Origin: Lingula anatina
Lineage: Eukaryota > Animalia > Brachiopoda
Assembly (NCBI GenBank): GCA_051362555.1
Contig: CM120646.1
Span: forward strand, 7,006,001 to 7,070,000
Direction of reading: 5' to 3'
Length of the DNA stretch: 64,000 nucleotides
Shown piece after piece: positions 55,275-64,000 of this stretch. Every line of letters begins with the position of its first letter. Within the stretch, counting starts at the first letter, position 1. The translations under genes and the position numbers were made by a program. The notes beneath the pieces were generated by a model. The model worked only from the letters and a program-made list of their open reading frames with translations. It ran no database searches and was not told the origin of the DNA.

Positions 55275-57163
55275 ATGGTCATCTCATACATTCAAAATTT
55301 CTTTAGGATGATTTATCTCTTCGTGGTAGACATGTACAATTTCCCAGATTTACGTAGATACATGTTGACGGTATTTAGAAAGAGAATCTTTGAGAGGAAA
55401 CACGTTGATACTCGGACAATATACGATGATGAAGGTAACCCATTAAGATCGGCTTGCGTCAAGGGGAAGTTCGTCCCCGATTGGCCACTAGTAGTTGACA
55501 ATATCGACAATTACGACAAGTTCCACGCCCGCGGTGACGACATATGGATTGTAAACTGGCCAAAATCGGGTAAGAGCTTGTTTTGTGTTAATTGTAAAAA
55601 CATGGGTATATTAATACCGGTATTTCGCCAACGAAAGAAATTATAAGCACGCAGCAGAGTAAGGATATATCTTTTATTATTAATTTATTTTAAATTGAGA
55701 GCATTGTTTGAGAACTGTTTTACAGTTTTTTCAAAATATGCATTTTCAATATGGATTTGAAACGTCCTATACGAATGATGACAAAGTAAAACTTACTTAT
55801 AGGAAAACTTATTACTAGATAATTAAAAAAAAATGTTTTTATGCGTCAGGCACTCACTGGATGTTTGAAGTTGTTACGTGTCTGACTTCCGGCAAAGCAC
55901 AGCTTCATGACGGTATCAAAGAAAACACCATGTTCCCCGAGTTCTGTCCGGTGGATATTTTAGACGACATGACGTCACCAAGAATTTTAGACACGCATAT
56001 TCAGCTGGAGCTCTTCCCAGAAGAGGCACTGAAGACGTCGAAGATCATTTACACAGTCCGAAACCCCAAAGACGCCTTTGTGTCCGGTTACTTTCACTTG
56101 TCAAGAGATAATTTAGTGGGCTTCCGTGGTGGTTGGAATAATTTTTTCAGGACATCTATGAAAGAAATCAAAGGTGAAGGTTTGAAAAAAAATTTAACAA
56201 AGATATACTTTCCGTGTTCTATAAGCTATTCGATTTCCTTGCCACATTAAACTTATGTTGGTTTCTATTATTGATGAAAGTAATGATTTAGATTTGAAAC
56301 AAATTTAGATTTTGTTTGATGTTGACCAATTTGAACGTTCAGTTTTTATTTATTTTACTGTATTTATTTATTGTTTCTTTTTTTGATAGATAGACAATAA
56401 GTTGTCTGCATTTTTGCTACTTGCAGAGGTTCCATACGGCACGTGGTATGATCACGTGAGAGGGTATTTAGCTGCGCTCGAAAACAAACCGAACGCTCTT
56501 GTCGTCAAGTATGAAGACATGATAAAGGTAGTCAAACATTGCTTGGCGTGGATCACTGTATAGAAGTAAAATTTCTGACTGCTTGATAGCTTAAATTTCC
56601 GTGAATTTTGGCATATTGCATTCGCCGTTTTATTTCGTTCCTGCTTTTGTTTTTAAAAGGGACATTAAAAGCTTTGTAGAATAATTCATTTATTTATTTT
56701 AAGGTACCTTTTCCGCCTAGTTGTAGAATCATTTAAATGCTTCCAGGATCTCAAGAAAGAAGTACGCCGCATTGCAGAATTCATTGGCCACCAAAATTCC
56801 GAGGAGTTTTATGATGAAGTGGCAAGAGTGTGTTCCTTTGATCACATGCAGAAATCAAAGAAAGAACTGAAGATTATATGGAAGCCAGGAGGATCCATGT
56901 ACAGAAAAGGTAGACTGGACTGCCATCTATCGTCAACCATCAAAATAATTTGTTGTAAAAGGGTCATGCTGAACCGTTTTTGCGCTTAACTCAAAGTGCT
57001 AAACTGGGACAGTCGGCTACGTAAACGTGACTTTGCCAAATGGCCAAGGACATTTAACGAACGGTTATCCAAAATTTTGTTGACTTAATTGTATGGATTT
57101 TGTCACCCATTGCTGTAAAAAGACTGTACAGGAGATATCAGTTTCTTCTACTGGTATGGGCAC

Positions 57164-57215
<52 letters not shown>

Positions 57216-57468
57216 GAAGTAAACGGCCTATCAGATTTTTTGTGTAAAGCGGCTTTATCAGTCAAAACTTTTCTCAGTCTATGTCTTAAAAGAATGATTG
57301 TCAGCAATTATTATACACGTGATGGTGTTTATTTCATTTTATTGTATTTCAGGTATAGTTGGTGACTGGAAAAACATGTTTACAGTTGCACAGAATGAGG
57401 AGTTTGACGCTATTTACAAAGACAGGCTAAAAAACCTGAACATTAGCATTGACTTTGAACTAGCATGA
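55275..57468 (+). CDS. Cytosolic (SULT1-like) sulfotransferase, 332 aa
   Basis: Exons 55275-55569, 55850-56173, 56427-56527, 56747-56909, 57353-57468. 5'PSB loop WPKSGTHW, SPRILDTH, 3'PB RNPKDAFVS, YEDM, RKGIVGDWKN. Confidence 0.95.
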
Positions 57469-58450
57469 TCACCCTCTTAACTTGCCCATGTTGCATTTTT
57501 ACAAACTTACGCACAGAGTGTATTTACGACTCAGAAATGCAGGATGCCAGTTAAAATGTTGTGGGAAACATTTGAAAGTAATACACTTAATTCAAAATGG
57601 TGCAAAGCACAATTCATGGGCAGAGACGGGTGGAGCAGTGATTTGTGGGTTGAACAAACGCCTTTAATATAGGCAATTCCCTTTATTCAGTGCGAACTGA
57701 TGAAAAATTTATGGTAAATTTTCGTCCCAAATTGAACATAGATATGTTTTGTCGTTTATTAAAAGAAATACCGTAAGAGTTGTTTCAATATTCTGTGAAG
57801 TATCGATAATGATTTTCTAGCGTGTGTGAGCTACTTGCCGAGACGAACTTTCAGCCTAACTGTCCTGTGCTGAACGACTTTTAAAAATGTATGTGCATTC
57901 TCTTTTGTAAACAAGGATTGTTCTCAACTATATTTCACCTTGTATCTTCAGAATTAAAAAAAATATATATTTGTCTGTTTTCATGGGAATAATAAAGATA
58001 AACTACAGTTTCCGCTTTTTATACATGACTTTATATGTAACATGTACAAGTTTGTGTTCATTACTTTGGAAAAGGGTTTCCCTCTGGCAAAGTTAAACAG
58101 TTGTATAACAAAGATCCATCCACGAATGACGGAAATACACTTTCTCGTTGCCTTTGCATTTAATTTGACAGCTGCCGTTAAAACTTCTTATCAAAATTTT
58201 TACACGCTTATACTAGTATGCTACGATGACATCAGGCGACAACTTCAAAAACAAGGCTGCAATAAATGGTATCACAAATAGCTCAAAGAAATTCAGTTTG
58301 TCACTAACATACACAGAGCGCATGTCGTCTGAATCAGTTATAATACATGTATGAATATCCCCGCGAAAATTCGCAATTGTAACGCCTGCAGTTCCATCAC
58401 AATATTGGTATAAACGTGAGGGCGTCACACAAGCCCAGATCGACCACAGA

Positions 58451-61400
58451 TTAAATTCCAATGTTAAATCTTCGTAGATGTTCTTTTATGATGATGCCTC
58501 GACAGCCTTCCAGAACTTTCTGAATATTGTCTGTGTTCACTGCGCATGTGTAGAAATAGTCACACGAGTGGTTTTCGTGCCAGTTAGCGCCGCCAGATGG
58601 CTTCCGAGATCTGCTTGCGATTTCCTGTAAAATACATGCAAAATATTATAGTAGAATTAAGTTTTTAGCAGATATCTCTATTAGAATAAAGGATGCAAAT
58701 ATAATCTTCGTTTTGCCAGTTATTCTTTCAATTATTGTTCCAGTAATTAAGTCACTCTGAAATATACGGATTATTTATACGCTACGCGATTAAAAATCAA
58801 TGACAAGCAAATTATTGCAAATATGTGAATTGCTTTTAGAAACACTTTTAACATAAAGTTTATTTCTTACGTAGTCAGAATAAACGTAAAAAGCAAGTAA
58901 GCATATTACCATAAATACAGTTTTGATGAAGGTTGCAGTTCTGATAACTTCTTCCCCAATTTCTGCAGCGATATCCTTGTAACTCTGCCGGTGTTTTCCA
59001 GGGTCGCTTATCGTCCTCTTTCTACTGACGTAAACTGAAGAATCTCGCATATTGTCATTATAGTCCGGAGAAATACAGGGCAACAGATTCCGATTAGATT
59101 TTGAATTGCTGGACGACGATCGTCTGCTTGCAATCCCCGTTGCGCATGGGCAAGTTTGGTCAGCGTCCATAGTATTTAGTTTTGGGAATGCTTCAACAAA
59201 TTCTTTTGCGTCTCGCTCTGAATTGACACAAATGAATATGTTAATTGATTGATAGATAAAAATAAAGACCATAAGAAGAGAAACAAGATCTACTATTTAT
59301 CTTCTACAATGATGCTTGGTGCCTTGCAAGACCGTCAATATTCCATAGCATAGGCCTACTTAAGCGCTGCGTACATTTTACTACACCAAAGTACATCGTA
59401 GTAAAAAAAATACATTATTTATGGCACATATATTACTTGTGCTTTGATTGAAGTTATGAAAAAATAAAACATCTTACTCACCTTTTAATTCATATGTAGA
59501 AAAATCTTGCAACCTACGAATGTAATCTTTCTGCTGAAATGCAGGAGACGAGTCTAATCCTTGTCTTCTCATTTCTTCCTCCTCGTTCTTCAATTCTTCT
59601 ACTAACGTGTTCAGCGATTTCTGCTGGTCTATTTTTTCTTTAAGCTGGTCAATTTTGTTGAAGAAGACAAGCACTGACGTGTTCTTTAACCACCTGGAAG
59701 TCGAGATAATATGTATTTTACCAGCGCTTAAGACGAGTTCGGTTATATTTCACTGTCCCAAAAGATAGATATTCTTTTGAAATTAAAGCGATTTCATGTG
59801 CAGCTCTCCAGCTTAAAAAAAAATATCACCTTGAAAAACCACATTTTACGACTTATAAGTTTTATAGGTCTAAGTTCATCTTTATTTGTGATACATGTAG
59901 ATTTTCAAGGAAAATATGAAATAGATAATTCTACAGATATAAAAAGAAAGAACACAAAATGTTCATTTAGAACAACTGTATATAAAAAACTATGGGTGTA
60001 TAGGTAACTTACGGATTATTCCAAACTTGGTCAAAATTTTCAAGCGCGTCCACTAGCCTGTTTTTCGTTTCATCTTCTCGCAGTTTCACGTCGAAGCTCG
60101 AGACGTCCACAACATACAAAATGGCAGTCACGCTGTCTGAGAATACTTGGATCCATTTTCTTCTCTCCCCTTTCTGTCCTCCCACGTCGAAAACACTGAA
60201 AATGAAAAAAAGCGTTACAAACATCTGCGTTATTGATTCTTATATACCAGTACTTGACATTTGGTTTTGACTCTGACGAGATCTACTCACAAATGCAAGT
60301 AGTACATTTATTTTTAAAAGATGAATAGACCCCTACATGTTCTAGGGCAAATCGTTCCTGAACAATGATGTACAGTTTCAATTACATATAGATGAATAGA
60401 ATAAGTCTTCCGTATTTTTTACCATGAGACAAAACCGTTTTCAACTGGGAAATGGTTTTGAAGATATTTTACAGCCGATTTGGAAATGCTCAATATGCGT
60501 AGATCTATTATAAACTGTGCGCAATTCCAATCGTATAAAAGATTCATACATGTATATCTTACCTAAATGGTATTGTGGCCCCGTGCTCCAGAACATCAAA
60601 ATCGATCTCATTGATAGAATTTGTCATCACGCGGCAACGTAAAATGTCCTGCAATAAAGATACAATGTAACTTCGATCCACCAGAGCTTATTGTACCTGT
60701 AAATATAACGATGCGATTTTTTTCCGACACACACACTTATAGACTTGAGCAATAAAACATTTTTTTATTTATTTCAAAGCGAATTTTGTGTTAATTAGAC
60801 TGGCTAAATTGGAATAATCTGCATACAGAACATTGTAAATATTCTTACATTAGTGAACAAAGTAGCCTACTCCTTAGGTGCGAGAAAGGTCATTTCTTAC
60901 ATTAATTCTGAGAACTGAGAGTTGTTATCTATACCTGATCACTGGGAACATAGGTGCGATTTCTGATTTCACCGAGTCTGTCCATGAAACTAAAAAGTAA
61001 ACAAAAACATTTATTTTTATGACATTAAAATGCACTTTGGATGCCCCTACTTCAGCGACTTTTGCTTAGCCGTCTCATGCACGATAAAATAAAAACAGAG
61101 TCGACGTTGCATCCTCACCACGCTTACATTACTAGAATACCTATGCTTTCTCTATGCGAAATTTGAAAGTCAAGTTAGATGATTAAAAAGAAGTTATTAT
61201 TATGTGACTGTTATCCTCAAGGAATATTTTATAAGCTTAAGAAACGTTTTACTCACTACTGCGTGCTGTCCAGCAGCTGGTATTCGTTGGATCTTCTGAA
61301 ACACGTCTGGACGCCGCCATCTTGCCATAATTTTGACGTGTGTAGAAAAAATTCCTGGGAAAGAATGAAATATCGACTGTTACGGAGATGGTTCTTATGC

Positions 61401-62600
61401 TCAAAGTTAAAAGGTAAATAAAGAGGTCGCTTTGACATTTTACTTAAGTTAAACTGTAAAGGTGAAGAAACAACTGAAAATGAAAAACGACTTCCGTCCG
61501 AAATAATTTAACCGAAATAATTTAAGAATTACCAAAATTAAATAACGATACGCCCCCTCCCCCCAAGTAAAAAAAAGGTTAAATATGAAAACAGACGTGG
61601 AAATAAACAAAATTTCAGCAGTTGTTGGGACGTTGGTAGATTACGAAAACAACCACATAAAAACAAATCATGTATACATGTACCTGTGGGAAATCAAAAT
61701 CAGGGCGATGCGTGTCCTTGCTGAGGATGTAGTCGTAGCAAGGCTGGTTATCACTGCGCTCTAGCGGAATACCTATTATCTGCATCGCACCGCATATTGT
61801 CTGATGACAGAATACAGTTGTTAATTATTTATCTTAATTAAATTAGCCAGTTATTAAATAAGGGATATGGCGTTATTTGTGATATTACGGTCTCAACTGT
61901 AAAATATACAGCTTTTATTTATATGCTAAATGTTAAGGTTTATTTTTCCAAAATCATGACATTATTATGATTGTTAAAAAATACTGAAAATTAAACAAAA
62001 CACTTGGAGATATATTGACTTATGCATTAAGCGGACAAAAAGAAAAGTTACCTAGTTAAACTTGCGACACTCAAGAGTGCAGGGAACCACAGGCTCCGTT
62101 CATGTTAAAGAACACGAGCCAAATTAAGAGACCAATATGTCACAAAACCTCACTCACCGCTATAGAATCTCTTATGTTACGTTTAATATCAATGACCTTT
62201 TCAATCCTCTCCCTGAAAAAAAAAAACATCGTTATTAAAAATGCAGTAAATAAATTCGTGACTTTATAAAGGTCATCAACTTTTACAATTACTATTATTG
62301 TGATATTTACTACCCCATCAATTCCCTATATGTCATTATGCTAACATAATATACTACATATCATATTATCGTAATTTACTTGAAACATGTTCCAGTAGTA
62401 TACTGTTCCAGTAGTAAAAGTGGTTAGAAACAAGGTGAAAATAAATTCCATCAGTGTATTGTGGCAGATGTGATGTCAACGCAATCGTTCTCTTTACGGC
62501 AATGTCACAAACGCGTGCGCTACTTACCCTCTGTCAAAACCGTTGATGTGAATAATCTTCATTTGCTTTGTGATTGTGCTTTTGCCCGCTTCACCGGTTC
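58451..62600 (-). CDS. Divergent Gs-like heterotrimeric G protein alpha subunit; first coding exon outside the window
   Basis: Exons 62528-62600, 62158-62212, 61684-61800, 61257-61354, 60935-60989, 60563-60648, 60013-60195, 59482-59693, 58910-59217, 58451-58624. G1 [10 protein letters not shown]2 RCRVMT, G3 DVGGQ, G4 NKID, G5 TCAV. Gs-type PDFDFP and RSNEYQL. Confidence 0.93.
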
Positions 62601-62659
62601 CTAGGAAAAGAAAAAAAATATAAATGACAGAAATAGACATTTAATGCACACAAGCACAA

Positions 62660-62662
<3 letters not shown>

Positions 62663-62738
<76 letters not shown>

Positions 62739-62745
62739 GAGAGGG
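62663..62745. repeat. (CA)n(GA)n compound microsatellite
   Basis: Direct reading. A similar compound repeat lies at 35893-35969. Confidence 0.9.
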
Positions 62746-63059
62746 AGCAACAAACCGCACAGAACCTTTTAATCATTTGTTTGGGCTTATTCGGTCAACG
62801 TGACCTTTATTACAAATTCTGCAGCCAACCAAATAAATGACATAAAAGCCTTATTCCCAGCAACGTTGCCGATTTTATCGTGTGTAAATCTTGTTAAACT
62901 GATGGCGATCTATGAATGTCAGCATAATTAAGGCGTGGATGGCGGTAACGACGCACAGTAAAAGACGGGTGCTTTAACCGGAACAAATACAGGCTTCTTT
63001 AAGGGTTACCGTTAGTGACGGAAAGGTGGACCGTCTGTCATTATTTTTTGGTTCTCTTA

Positions 63060-63285
63060 GGGTGCTTTCCCAGAGATTTAGATCGATCTATGGATTAAGT
63101 TTTAGATCGACCTAACTCCCTGGGGGTTCAGGCTAAATTGCAGTCAGCCGAGCGGACACCATAGTTAATTACCCCTTTACAGCTTTTAGTAGGCGGGACA
63201 GACGCTTAAGCCGGCCAAGCTGACAGTAATCTAGTGAGATTCCCCACAGGGATAGATCGATCTAAAAATCTATGGAAATGGGGTC
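63060..63285. mobile_element. Harbinger-type MITE
   Basis: Imperfect TIRs around TTTAGATCGATCTAT. TTA on both flanks (63057-63059, 63286-63288). Confidence 0.7.
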
Positions 63286-64000
63286 TTACACTATTTTTGC
63301 ATGCGTCAGCGTTCTCCAACTGACATCACTGCTAGTTGCTCGCAGCTGATAAACGGTTCTCTTAATATTTTTTCATTACGTTCTCTATACGAGAAGAAGT
63401 GAATTACCGATAAGCACTGCTGCAGACTTACTTACTAACAGCCTCTCCTTCATGTCCTTACTGGCCTCGGGAAATCAGTCCGTCGGACTCTAAATTGATT
63501 TTTAATTTCAGCTTGTAGAACGATGATTCATTGAATTATGTTGGCAAACACTTGAGATCTGGGTGAACGTTTAACTACTGAGACTTGGAAAGTTCCAATC
63601 ATCGAATCATAGATACGTGCAAGTAACTACCGTACTTAAAACTCTATATCGTTAGAATATCATTGTTTAACCAATGATTAATTTTCCGACGATTTCAACG
63701 TACTTCAAATCTGTGCCAAGGGCTTGTTGGAGCCGAATGGTGACACATAATCGATTTTGTGTTGAACCGACTGTAAGTTAAAATAATTTCAACTCAGCGA
63801 AAACGCCTTCTGATATACATACACGGGATGCTTAAGTAAGAGTTGCCTACAGAAACTAACATAGTTGTCATTCGCAGGGACTCTAGCAATAGATTACCAT
63901 AGGTTTACTTTTTTTGCGGACGAAAATGACCACCTGCAGTTCATTCTTTACAAAGTTCATTAGTCTGGTCCTGAGGAAGGCTCTTGAGTAGAGCCGAAAA

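Noticed and set aside
63400-63500. Possible first coding exon of the G-alpha gene
   Set aside because: A donor-like site exists, but there is no MGC start or LLLLG strand in frame. Exon 1 probably lies beyond the window.

Overview
AT-rich, intron-rich animal genomic DNA. AOX with an animal-type C-terminal motif plus HINE-type repeats suggest a marine invertebrate, most likely a mollusc or other lophotrochozoan (inference). Ten spliced genes were reconstructed by hand with GT-AG junctions and continuous reading frames. In order: a GT92-like glycosyltransferase (-, partial), alternative oxidase AOX (+, 10 exons), SNX4 (-), TMEM218 (-), an orphan Mn-motif protein (+), PSENEN/PEN-2 (-) head-to-head with U2AF1 (+), a divergent acylated annexin-like gene (-), a cytosolic sulfotransferase (+) and an unusual Gs-like G-alpha with a large insertion (-, first exon outside the window). 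Introns carry nested non-autonomous transposons: Harbinger, Kolobok-like, hAT-like elements with 5- and 6-bp TSDs, and Helentron-associated HINEs with satellite arrays. The most striking observation is in U2AF1. The 88-nt exon encoding zinc finger 1 is tandemly duplicated (12 synonymous codon differences, one K/R difference at residue 28). The intron between the copies can base-pair either upstream of copy a or downstream of copy b, through overlapping sequence. This is a candidate competing-RNA-structure switch for mutually exclusive splicing. Coordinates were counted by hand; no database searches or folding computations were run.
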